This document shows, piece after piece, positions 1-7,758 of a DNA stretch of 42,126 nucleotides. Position 1 is the stretch's first letter, and each line of letters opens with the position of its first letter. Origin of the DNA: a virus. Its lineage: Duplodnaviria > Caudoviricetes. The DNA lies in IMG/VR virus record IMGVR_UViG_3300012838_000029, positions 1 through 42,126 of that record; one strand, written 5' to 3'. The position numbers and the translations under genes are program-made. The notes beneath the pieces are model-generated. The model did no database searches and was not told the DNA's origin. It was given only the letters and a program-made list of their open reading frames with translations.

Positions 1-1077
1 GTGCCGCCCGAGGTGGACCTCAGCGGCCTGACCTTCATGCCGCTCGACGTGCAGCGCCTGCGCGACAGCGAGCTGGTCTCCGACGCCTCGCCGCAGGAGT
101 TCCGCGCGGCGGTCCTGCTGTGGTGTGCGGCCTGGCACCAGGTGCCGGCGGCGAGCTTGCCCGACAAGGACTCCACACTTGCACGCCTGGCGGGCTTCGG
201 TCAGTCGCCGTCCGAGCTGCGCGCGTGGCGCAAAGTGCGTGAAGGAGCGCTGCGCGGCTTCGTCCTCTGTCGAGATGGACGCTTGTATCACCCGGTTGTC
301 GCCGAGAAGGCACTCGATGCGTGGTCCGAGCGCAGAGAGGTGCAGGGCATGCGCGAAGCCGAAAGCGTGCGCAAGCGGCGGGAACGCGCATGGCGCTCGG
401 CGGCAACGGACGTGCTGCGAAATCACGGCATCGTCTTGGAATACAACGTGACCACCGGCGAACTCCGCAAGCGCATGGAGTCGCTCGGGTACGTCATCGT
501 GGTTGATGAATCCTTCTCCGCGTCCGTGACAGGTCCGCGTGACAGTCACGGACGGGCTACGGCTAAGAAGAGAAGTGAAGTGGAGGGGAGTGAAGAGGAG
601 TGGAGTGGAGAGGAGAGAAGAGAAGCTGTTAATACAAAAGCTGCGCGCGCAGCAGAGGGAGACAACAGCCCAGCAGCACAGCTCGCTGCGGTGCTCGCGG
701 CAGCGCACGGTCGGCCGGTGGCCGCCGATGACCCGGAGGTACAGCGGGCAGTAACCGAGGGGATCTCGAAGGCCGAGCTGGAAGCGGCATGCGCGGGCGT
801 GGTGGGCGGCAAGCCGCCGCGGTACTACGTGCAGCGCGCCATCGGCCGGCGCCTGGATGCCAAGGGCAGTACGCCGGCCGCACCCGCTGCCACACGGCCC
901 AGAGATCCCGATGCGGAAGCGCGGGCCGAGCGGCGCCGGGCGATCGAGGACCAGATCATCGACGTGCGCCACTGCGCCGATCGCGGCATCGGGGACTGGA
1001 CGCCGGAGCGCGCCGCGGCACGCATCGCCGAGCTGCAGACGGAGCTGGCCAGCCTGGCCGAGGAGGTGGTCTCGTGA
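1..1077 (+). CDS. DUF1376/YdaU-family phage replication protein (true start may lie just before the window)
   Basis: N-terminal 'FMPLDVQRLRDSEL...AAVLLWCAAWHQVPAASLPD..LARLAG' is typical of DUF1376. Contains an internal repeat tract. Confidence 0.8.
   Translation: MPPEVDLSGLTFMPLDVQRLRDSELVSDASPQEFRAAVLLWCAAWHQVPAASLPDKDSTLARLAGFGQSPSELRAWRKVREGALRGFVLCRDGRLYHPVVAEKALDAWSERREVQGMREAESVRKRRERAWRSAATDVLRNHGIVLEYNVTTGELRKRMESLGYVIVVDESFSASVTGPRDSHGRATAKKRSEVEGSEEEWSGEERREAVNTKAARAAEGDNSPAAQLAAVLAAAHGRPVAADDPEVQRAVTEGISKAELEAACAGVVGGKPPRYYVQRAIGRRLDAKGSTPAAPAATRPRDPDAEARAERRRAIEDQIIDVRHCADRGIGDWTPERAAARIAELQTELASLAEEVVS
521..640 (+). repeat. Putative replication origin inside the initiator gene: iteron-like repeats plus 12 tandem purine pentamers
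   Basis: CGTGACAG at 525-532 and 538-545. 10-bp inverted repeat CGTCCGTGAC (521-530) / GTCACGGACG (545-554). Twelve tandem (A/T/G)G(A/G)AG pentamers at 566-625, followed by TTAATACAAAA. Confidence 0.6.
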
Positions 1078-1388
1078 CCGCGTTCTCGCAGGCATTGCGC
1101 GCAAGCGTAGTTGGGCAGCCCGCTCACATGGCCGGAGAGCCCTACGCCAGCGCTGCTAACCCGCTGGGCGCAGCCGGAAAGGTTAGATATTCGTTAAGGA
1201 AACCAAACCCGGCGGCCGGGGTCAATAGAATCAATGGGTTACGCTGTGCCCGCGCCGGTCGGGGCGGGCCACGGACCCCACCCCCCCTTCGCATCAGCCC
1301 GCCCGGGAAGGGGGGCGGCCAACTATTGGCCCCTCGAAAAATGGGAGGGGTACATGGGCCACTCCCCCGGCGCGAGGTGCGAGCGTGA
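1074..1388 (+). CDS. Possible 104-aa 'bridge' ORF across the structured IHF region
   Basis: GTGA overlaps with the upstream stop (1074-1077) and the downstream start (1385-1388). Low-complexity product with no recognisable family. Confidence 0.35.
   Translation: MTAFSQALRASVVGQPAHMAGEPYASAANPLGAAGKVRYSLRKPNPAAGVNRINGLRCARAGRGGPRTPPPLRISPPGKGGGQLLAPRKMGGVHGPLPRREVRA
1229..1241 (+). promoter_or_regulatory. IHF binding site consensus
   Basis: AATCAATGGGTTA is a perfect match to WATCAANNNNTTR, in a locally AT-rich patch of a GC-rich genome. Confidence 0.6.
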
Positions 1389-2542
1389 GCGCGGCGCGGG
1401 CGGAGAGCCCGGCGGAGGTGCCGCAGCTGCCCGCTGCGGTGCTGGAGGCGCTGGCAGGCGTGCCGAATGGGCAGGAGCTGCTCGGCTACCGGGCGCGGCT
1501 CCTGGCGCGCCCTGGCGGGTTCCCGGCGGTGATGGCGCGAGTGGAGGCCCTGCCGATGGCGCCGGCGGCGCTGGCGGAGTTGTGGACCTGGCTGGTGCAC
1601 CTGGCCATCGACTGCGGCTCTCGGCCGGAGACCACGGGGCAGAGCTACGGGCGGACGGTCGGGCGGTTCCTGTCCTGGTGCCACCGGGAGGGCGTTGACC
1701 ACCGCACGGCAGCCCTCAAGGACTTCGAGCGCTGGCAGCGGTGGCTGGCCTTCGAGCTGAAGAACCGGGAGACTTGGCGGGCGCAGCAGGTGTTCGCCCT
1801 GCGGAATTTCTACGACTGGCGGCGCAGCCGCGGCCTGGCCCAGGCCAACATCGCCGCGGACCTGCGCGGGCCGCGGGTGAAGCCGCGGCCGCCGCGAAAG
1901 TACACCACCGAGCAGCTCAAGGCGCTGTTCCGCGCCATCGCCCAGGCGCGCAGCGACCGGGTGGTGCGCGACCGCTGCGCGGTGCTGCTGCTCCTGGCCA
2001 CCGGCCTGCGACGCGAGGAGTTGGCGTCGCTGGAGCTGGGCTCGATCGAGCTGACACGCCGGCACGGCGTGGTGCGGGTCCAGGGCAAAGGCGCCAAGCA
2101 GCGTGACGTGCCGTTCGAGGGGCCGGCGGTCGACGCGCTGCACGAGTGGCTGCAGCACCGCGACCAGCTGCCATGGATCGTCGACACCGAGTCACTGTTC
2201 GTCTCGCTCACCGGGCCGACGCAGGGCCGCGCCCTTGCGCTGCGCAGCTTCGAGACCATGGTGGGCACCCACGCCCGGGAGGCGAAGCTGCGGGACTGGG
2301 GCATCCACCGGTTCCGCGTCACCTTCGCCACGCAGCTGTACGACGACGGCGCGGACATCGAGACGATCCGCGCCCTGATGGGCCACGAGACCATCGAGAC
2401 CACGCGCCGCTACCTGGCGGTATCCGAGCGCGCCCGTCGCACCCGCCTGCGCGCGGACCGCCAGCACGCGGTCCTCGGCACCAAGCCCACCGGTACGCCG
2501 ATGTGGGTCCGCCTGGCGGCGGGGGAGCTGACCCGTGATTGA
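1385..2542 (+). CDS. Tyrosine recombinase, XerC/XerD-like (no arm-binding domain evident)
   Basis: Complete catalytic set: GLRREE (R), GKGAKQR (K), HRFR (HxxR), LMGH (H), TRRY (Y). SAM-like N-terminal domain. Confidence 0.92.
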   Translation: MSAARAESPAEVPQLPAAVLEALAGVPNGQELLGYRARLLARPGGFPAVMARVEALPMAPAALAELWTWLVHLAIDCGSRPETTGQSYGRTVGRFLSWCHREGVDHRTAALKDFERWQRWLAFELKNRETWRAQQVFALRNFYDWRRSRGLAQANIAADLRGPRVKPRPPRKYTTEQLKALFRAIAQARSDRVVRDRCAVLLLLATGLRREELASLELGSIELTRRHGVVRVQGKGAKQRDVPFEGPAVDALHEWLQHRDQLPWIVDTESLFVSLTGPTQGRALALRSFETMVGTHAREAKLRDWGIHRFRVTFATQLYDDGADIETIRALMGHETIETTRRYLAVSERARRTRLRADRQHAVLGTKPTGTPMWVRLAAGELTRD

Positions 2543-2933
2543 CGGAATCCAGTTCAGCGACCGCGGCGATGCGCCCACGGAGTTCGAGGTGCGGCTTCTG
2601 CAGCAGACCCAGGGTGATACCGCGTGGCTGGTCACCGGCCAGCGCCTGATGGCGGAGCTCGGCGCCGCGGCGGGCGCCCGTGCACTGGCGATCGTCCTGG
2701 ACGAGCTGGGCGGCGAGAAGCTCCGCGTGACCCAGCGTCGCCGGTTCTTCGAGGCGCTCTGGCGGGAACAGCGCGACGCCCTGGTGCGTGACCTGGCGAC
2801 CCGTGGCGACTGGACCTACCGGGACATCGCCGAGGCGCTGGGCCTGAGCCATCGGCTGGTGCGCGCTATCGCCGGGGGGTGCCACGGGCCGGGGCGACAG
2901 TGGCACGGCGGGTGTGAGATATCCGGGCAATGA
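2535..2933 (+). CDS. Mor/C-family transcriptional activator (late gene activator)
   Basis: 'ELGGEKLRV...RDALVRDLA...YRDIAEALGLSHRLVRAI' fits the Mu Mor/C pattern (GG motif plus C-terminal HTH). Lies directly upstream of the terminase genes. Confidence 0.72.
   Translation: MIDGIQFSDRGDAPTEFEVRLLQQTQGDTAWLVTGQRLMAELGAAAGARALAIVLDELGGEKLRVTQRRRFFEALWREQRDALVRDLATRGDWTYRDIAEALGLSHRLVRAIAGGCHGPGRQWHGGCEISGQ
2876..2906 (+). promoter_or_regulatory. Late-promoter/activator motif, copy 1
   Basis: GGGGTGCCAC-N5-GGGGCGACAGTGGCAC ends 23 bp before the terS ATG. Same motif at 9908-9938 and 30016-30046. Confidence 0.75.
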
Positions 2934-3688
2934 CCCGCCGTCCGCCCGCCGTCCGGAAGAAGCGCCAGCTCAGCGAAGCCGAGCTGGCCCAACGCCGCGC
3001 CGCCTCCCGCAAGGGCGCCGAGGCGGCGACGGGCCCGCGCACGCCGGAGGGCAAGGCCCGCAGCTCGCGCAATGGCTGGAAGCACGGCCTCACCAGCGCC
3101 GTGCACCGGCAGCACTTCGACCAGGGCATGGCCGCGCTGATGGGCTCCCTGGCCAAGCCATGCCTGTCCACCTGCCCGAAGTACCCCTGCTACGCCGTCG
3201 AGGCGGAGATGACCGCGCCTGGCGGCAGTTGCATGGACAAGGAGCGCTACGTCCACGCCTTCACCGCGATCATCGACGCGGTCGAGAACAACGCCTCGGA
3301 GGGCATGAACGCCCTGATGGCCAGCGAGGTCGCCAGCACCCTGCAGATGCTCCACGACATGAAGGCCCGCTGCGCGGACCTCGGCCCGATGATCGGCATT
3401 CAGGCGGTCACCGCCGATGGCGTCGCGGTCTACGGCAAGGACGGCGAGCCGGTCATGGCCAAGTGGGTGCCGAACCCCGGCTGGCCGGTCGTGCTCAAGA
3501 CCCTCGAGGTGCTGGGCATCAGCCTGCCGGAACTGCTGGCCACGCCGCAGGCCAAGGCCCGCGCAAAGGTGGAGGGCGAACAGGTCGACGCCGTGCAGCA
3601 GCTGATGGGCGGCATCTTCCAGCGCGCCGCCGCGGCGCGGCTGCCCGCGGCCGGTGGGCGCGTGATCGACCACGACGAGGGCGGCTGA
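2930..3688 (+). CDS. terS: Probable terminase small subunit
   Basis: Directly upstream of and coupled to terL. 'TGPRTPEGKARSSRNGWKHGL' motif and a Cys cluster (CLSTCPKYPC). Confidence 0.6.
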   Translation: MTRRPPAVRKKRQLSEAELAQRRAASRKGAEAATGPRTPEGKARSSRNGWKHGLTSAVHRQHFDQGMAALMGSLAKPCLSTCPKYPCYAVEAEMTAPGGSCMDKERYVHAFTAIIDAVENNASEGMNALMASEVASTLQMLHDMKARCADLGPMIGIQAVTADGVAVYGKDGEPVMAKWVPNPGWPVVLKTLEVLGISLPELLATPQAKARAKVEGEQVDAVQQLMGGIFQRAAAARLPAAGGRVIDHDEGG

Positions 3689-5562
3689 TGCGCCAGCGCA
3701 GCGCCACCGGCATCCTGCAGGCGCAGATGCTCGATCGCGGAGTGTACGAGCCCGACGAGTTCGAGCAGTGGCTGGCGGAGCGCGGCTGGTCCTGGCGCGG
3801 CCTGGACCGCGGCGCCTATGGGCTGACCGTCGACGAGGCGCTGTTCGTGTTCACCTGCGAGGACCCGCTGCGCTGGGCGGAGACGTACCTGGTCGAGCCG
3901 GACACCGGCGACCCGTACCGGTTCTGGGATTACCAGCGGCCGAGCGTGCGCGCCTGGATGCAGGACGTGATCCACCAGGACGGCGCGGAGTGCGGCAAGA
4001 CGCGCGAGATCATCGCGCTGATCGCGTGGTCGGGGTGCACCTCGGTGGGCGGGCGCATCGCCAACCCGTGGTCGCTGGTGGCGGCGCCGCAGCAGACCCA
4101 CCTGGACGAAATCATCCTCGCGCTGGAGGAGCAGTTCGGCGCAGCCGAGTCGGGCAAGGGCCACAGCCTCCTGTCTCGCTTCTGGCTCAAGCCGAAGAAG
4201 ACCCCGCACGTGATGCACCGGTTCCTCGCGCCCAACCCGGTCAACCCGGCGCGGCCGAGCATCGCGCGCACTTACTACCGGCCCGGCGGCCATGACGGCG
4301 AGGCTTTCCGCGGCGTGCACGTCAACGCCTTCGGCTTCTTCGACGAGGCGGCCAAGGTCAAGAACGCGGTGATCTTCTCCGAGTTCTGGCGCGCCCTGAA
4401 ACCCGGCTGCCGCTCGCGCGTCTACTCCGTGCCCGACGGCGACCGCAGCACGGAGTACTTCAAGCTCACCCAGACCGCACGGCTCAACCTGCCGGAGGAC
4501 CAGGACGGCTTCCGCCTGTTCCGCTGGCAGCAGCCGATGAAGCCGCCGCCGTTCTGGGATGCCAAGCGCGAGGCGGACATGGTGCGCCGGTTCTCCGGCC
4601 GCAACACGCCCGGCTACCAGCGCAACGTCCTGGGCGAGTGGGGCCAGGCCGAGAACCCGGTGTGGCCCTTCGGCGCGCTGCTGCCCAACGTGGTGGATCT
4701 GCCGGACTACCGCGTGATCAAGCTGCAGGCCGACGCGGAATCCGACTCGCTGAGCATCGAGGTCATGGCGGTGACGCTCACCGTCCAGGACGGCCGCAAG
4801 GTCGGCGAGTACCGCTGGCTGCAGGACTCGGCCACCGGCCTGGCCGAGCTGCTGCGCGGCAGCGACGACGGCCGCCGCCAGGCCATGGCCGCGATCCTGC
4901 GCCCGCACATCCCGGCGGTGTCGCAGGGCGTGTTCTGGGCCGGCGCCGACCTGGGCGAGCGCAACGACCCCACCGAGATCATCCTCAGCGAGGAGGTCGG
5001 CACGCTCTGGCGCGACAAGGTGCGCATCCACGCCAAGGGCTTCCCGTACAACCTGCAGAAGGAGCTGATCGCCGCGCTGGACAGCCTGTTCGGCAACCTG
5101 CCGTTCTGGGGCGCGGACCTCGGCAGCGCCGGCACCACCGTGGTCAAGGACCTGATCGCCGAGGACCGCTTCGCGGACCTGCACTTCGAGGACCGGATGA
5201 TCGGCTTCCACTTCCAGCAGTCGGTCGAGTGCATCGGCGAGGACGGCGAGGCACTGGAGGACGAGGACCCGCGCACGGGAACCCGCAAGGTGATCGCCGC
5301 GCCGGCCAAGCACTGGGCCACCCAGTGCATCTCCGCCCGGCTGCAGGCCCACGGCTACGCGCTGCCGTACGACCCCGAGGCCATGACCTCCATGGCCACC
5401 CAGACCGCCCGGCAGGGCGCCCGCTGGCCGATCTACTCAAAGCAGTTGGACCACTTCCCCGACGCACGCCGCCAGCAGATGTTGCGGAAGATCCGCAGCG
5501 TGATCGACGACGGCGGCGGCGTGGACCTGTTCGCCAGCGGCGTGGTGGAGCGCGCGGCGTGA
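3688..5562 (+). CDS. terL: Terminase large subunit
   Basis: Walker A-like GAECGKT, Walker B FFDEAA, nuclease GADLG..ND motif and C-terminal DHFPDA. 624 aa; ATG overlaps the terS stop. Confidence 0.88.
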   Translation: MRQRSATGILQAQMLDRGVYEPDEFEQWLAERGWSWRGLDRGAYGLTVDEALFVFTCEDPLRWAETYLVEPDTGDPYRFWDYQRPSVRAWMQDVIHQDGAECGKTREIIALIAWSGCTSVGGRIANPWSLVAAPQQTHLDEIILALEEQFGAAESGKGHSLLSRFWLKPKKTPHVMHRFLAPNPVNPARPSIARTYYRPGGHDGEAFRGVHVNAFGFFDEAAKVKNAVIFSEFWRALKPGCRSRVYSVPDGDRSTEYFKLTQTARLNLPEDQDGFRLFRWQQPMKPPPFWDAKREADMVRRFSGRNTPGYQRNVLGEWGQAENPVWPFGALLPNVVDLPDYRVIKLQADAESDSLSIEVMAVTLTVQDGRKVGEYRWLQDSATGLAELLRGSDDGRRQAMAAILRPHIPAVSQGVFWAGADLGERNDPTEIILSEEVGTLWRDKVRIHAKGFPYNLQKELIAALDSLFGNLPFWGADLGSAGTTVVKDLIAEDRFADLHFEDRMIGFHFQQSVECIGEDGEALEDEDPRTGTRKVIAAPAKHWATQCISARLQAHGYALPYDPEAMTSMATQTARQGARWPIYSKQLDHFPDARRQQMLRKIRSVIDDGGGVDLFASGVVERAA

Positions 5563-5566
5563 GCGG

Positions 5567-5761
5567 CTATCGCTTGGTCAGCTCGCCATCTTCGAGCGCT
5601 TCAAGCCAGCGCTTCTGGTACGTCTCGGCCTGCGAAAGTCTGGCGAGCAGCGCGAAGACGATGCTTAGGCCGACCAGCCCCAGCCCCAGAGTTGCAGGCG
5701 TCAGCCAGTACAGGCCCGCCGCGCCAAGCGCGATGGCGATCAGGGCGATCAAGAGGTACAT
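5567..5761 (-). CDS. Small two-TM membrane protein (antisense moron, 64 aa)
   Basis: MYLLIALIAIALGAAGLYWLTPATLGLGLVGLSIVFALLARL...; GGAGGGG Shine-Dalgarno upstream on the minus strand. Confidence 0.65.
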   Translation of the reverse strand: MYLLIALIAIALGAAGLYWLTPATLGLGLVGLSIVFALLARLSQAETYQKRWLEALEDGELTKR

Positions 5762-5795
5762 GCAGTTTCCCCTCCACATGGGTGTGTCGGGGAGC

Positions 5796-5824
5796 TTGAC
5801 ACGGGCATGGAACGGGCGCATCTT
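5796..5824 (+). promoter_or_regulatory. Sigma70 promoter for the C4/RadC cassette
   Basis: TTGACA (5796-5801)-N17-CATCTT (5819-5824), immediately upstream of the c4 target hairpins. Confidence 0.65.
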
Positions 5825-5832
5825 CCGCCCCG

Positions 5833-5909
5833 CAGCGGCAAATTCCGCTGTCGGGGTTGGAAGCCCGAACCGAAGGCGCACAAGCGCCGTCCATGACCGG
5901 CGTTTTTTT
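5833..5909 (+). promoter_or_regulatory. c4-a1b1-like target hairpins and terminator-like hairpin
   Basis: CAGCGG-CAAATT-CCGCTG hairpin. TCGGG-GTTGGAAG-CCCGA hairpin whose loop is complementary to the C4 segment CTTCCAAC. CGCCG...CGGCG followed by T7. Confidence 0.7.
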
Positions 5910-5918
5910 GTGCCCGCG

Positions 5919-5996
5919 TTATGGCGGGCGGTGCGTGGACGCCGCAAGGCGTGCCGGTCCTTCGGCCGGTCTTCCAACCGCGCACCGTCCGCCACC
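5919..5996 (+). ncRNA. c4: C4 antisense RNA (P1 c4 / P4 CI-like)
   Basis: Closing stem TGGCGGGCGGTGCG (5922-5935) / CGCACCGTCCGCCA (5981-5994), GCAA-loop and CCGG hairpins. Single-stranded CTTCCAACC (5971-5979) is complementary to GGTTGGAAG (5855-5863) and TTGGAAG (6001-6007). Confidence 0.8.
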
Positions 5997-6044
5997 CTGT
6001 TTGGAAGCAGGTCGGCGGACTCCAACATGCCGAAGGAGTCCCGC

Positions 6045-6635
6045 ATGACTGACCATGCTGCCGCGCGCCGTGCGCGCGAAGACCGGGCCATCGCCCGGGC
6101 CCTGAATATCCTCCATGCCCGCCATGCCGCCCAGGGCCAGCTGCTTGACCCGCCGGCTGCGCGCGCCCTGTTCGCGCTGCGCTTGGCGGGTGAGGTGCGC
6201 GAGCACTTCGAGGTGGCCTTCCTCAACACAAGGCACGAGCTGCTGGGCGTTGAGCGCCTGTTCTCCGGTGGACTGGCCGGCTGCATCGTCAGCCCGCGCG
6301 AGGTGGTGCGCACCGCCCTGCGCTACAACGCCGCCGCCGTGATCCTGGCGCACAACCACCCCAGCGGCCACGTTGAGCCCTCCCGCGCCGACCACGACCT
6401 CACCGACACTCTGCGCACCGCGCTGGCGGTGATAGAGGTGCGCGTGCTGGATCACATCATCGTCGGTGGCCGCGACACCACCGCCTTCGGCGGGCCGGAC
6501 TGCACTGTCACCCGAGAGCGGCACGCGCAGCGCGAAGCCTGGCAGGCGCGGATTGCTAAGAAGAACGCGGCTGCCGAGAAGGCGCGGGAGACGCGCCGCC
6601 GGAAACGCGCCGTGGCAGTGGGAGCCAGGCCATGA
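6045..6635 (+). CDS. radC: RadC-like JAB/MPN domain protein
   Basis: REHF...SPREVVRTALRYNAAAVILAHNHPSG..EPSRAD...VLDHIIVG is an intact JAB motif. SD AAGGAG at 6033-6038. Confidence 0.9.
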   Translation: MTDHAAARRAREDRAIARALNILHARHAAQGQLLDPPAARALFALRLAGEVREHFEVAFLNTRHELLGVERLFSGGLAGCIVSPREVVRTALRYNAAAVILAHNHPSGHVEPSRADHDLTDTLRTALAVIEVRVLDHIIVGGRDTTAFGGPDCTVTRERHAQREAWQARIAKKNAAAEKARETRRRKRAVAVGARP

Positions 6636-7387
6636 ACTACGGCGAGAATGATCCGATCTTGGTCGAGGCCATCGCCAGCGGCAAGTACATGGTTACTCCG
6701 GACGGCCGTGTCTGGAACCTGGACTTCCGCGGGACGGGCCGCCCCGTGGAATGCAAGCAACACATCAACACCGCGGGCTATTTGGTAGTCACCGTGGAGA
6801 TGTCGGGCCGGAAGGTTGGAGCCCTCGTGCACCGCCTTGTGCTGCTGCGTTATCTGGGGGCTCACCCGGAGCGGCGGGTAGCCAACCACCGGGACGGAGT
6901 AAAGACGAACAACCACATCGACAATCTGGAGTGGGTGGAGCAATCCGACAATGTGAAGCACGCATGGGCGGCGGGGTTGAGAGGTTCCAGCCCAGGTTTC
7001 AAGGCCAAGTTGACGGATAATGACGTGCGGCGTCTTCACGAGCTGAGCGAAGCAGGGCGCACGCGTGGCCAGATCGCTTTCGCTTTGGGCGTGACGCCAT
7101 CGGCGGTGGAGAATGTCCTCCGCGGGCGTAGTCATGCAGCGATCTCGCCCTTGCCAAAGGAGCGCGAGCGCGGCCGCCGTGGGATGCCCGACGAAGGATG
7201 GGCGGCGAAGCTGACCCCGGACCAGGTGCGCCAGATTCACCGGGAGTACATGCCGCACAGCCGCGCCCACGGGCTTCGAGCCATTGCTCGCCGGTTCGGT
7301 CTGAGCCGGGGCACTATCGCGAATATCGTCAGTGGGAAATCCTGGCCCCACATCTACCGCGAGTTTCACCCCGAGGTGCAGCCGTGA
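6632..7387 (+). CDS. HNH endonuclease with two C-terminal HTH-like DNA-binding repeats
   Basis: VHRLV...ANHRDGVKTNNHIDNLEWV..SDNVKH. Two repeats AKLT..V..I......IA..GV/LS...I.N...G.S. Confidence 0.88.
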   Translation: MNYGENDPILVEAIASGKYMVTPDGRVWNLDFRGTGRPVECKQHINTAGYLVVTVEMSGRKVGALVHRLVLLRYLGAHPERRVANHRDGVKTNNHIDNLEWVEQSDNVKHAWAAGLRGSSPGFKAKLTDNDVRRLHELSEAGRTRGQIAFALGVTPSAVENVLRGRSHAAISPLPKERERGRRGMPDEGWAAKLTPDQVRQIHREYMPHSRAHGLRAIARRFGLSRGTIANIVSGKSWPHIYREFHPEVQP

Positions 7388-7758
7388 GCCGCGGTGACGA
7401 GGCGGCCTGCGCTCCCGACTCCGCTCGGCTGTTCGCCGACCTGCAGGCGTGGCACGCCACCATGCGCGAGATGGAGGCCAACAGCCGGCAGCTGTGCACG
7501 GCCCTGCGCTGCGGTCCAGACCTGCCCCTGCTGCAGAGCGCCTGGGCGCTGGCCTATGGCTACATCGCCCAGCTCGCCGCCCGCCATGGCATCGATGCGC
7601 ACTGGCTCACCTGGTGGTGGGAGGAATGCCGGCTGGGCGACACCCCGGCCGACTGTGCGCTGCCGGGCGCCCCCCCCAACACCATCAGCACCGTCGCCGA
7701 GCTGGCTGCCGTGATCCTGGCGGACCGTGCCCGCCCCCCACAGGAAGAAGCCGCATGA
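7384..7758 (+). CDS. Hypothetical phage protein
   Basis: GTGA and ATGA coupling at both ends; globular-looking sequence containing WLTWWWEEC. Confidence 0.6.
   Translation: MSRGDEAACAPDSARLFADLQAWHATMREMEANSRQLCTALRCGPDLPLLQSAWALAYGYIAQLAARHGIDAHWLTWWWEECRLGDTPADCALPGAPPNTISTVAELAAVILADRARPPQEEAA

Noticed and set aside
1176-1206. Possible dif-like XerCD site
   Set aside because: Lacks the inner ATAA-N6-TTAT symmetry and the XerD arm TTATGTTAAAT; kept only as an undefined candidate site.
2914-3687. N-terminal 258-aa extension of the 882-aa ORF
   Set aside because: Arg/Gly-rich alternative frame of terS; terL starts at 3688, overlapping the terS stop.
3430-5352. 640-aa minus-strand ORF (similar long ORFs at 7560-9977, 10277-12523, 14359-16080, 22893-24863)
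   Set aside because: Shadows of well-supported + strand genes, expected at high GC; no motifs and no coupling to neighbours.
4638-5558. Upstream part of the 665-aa ORF ending in RadC
   Set aside because: Alternative frame inside terL; only the part from 5559 (bridge) or 6045 (RadC) is plausible.
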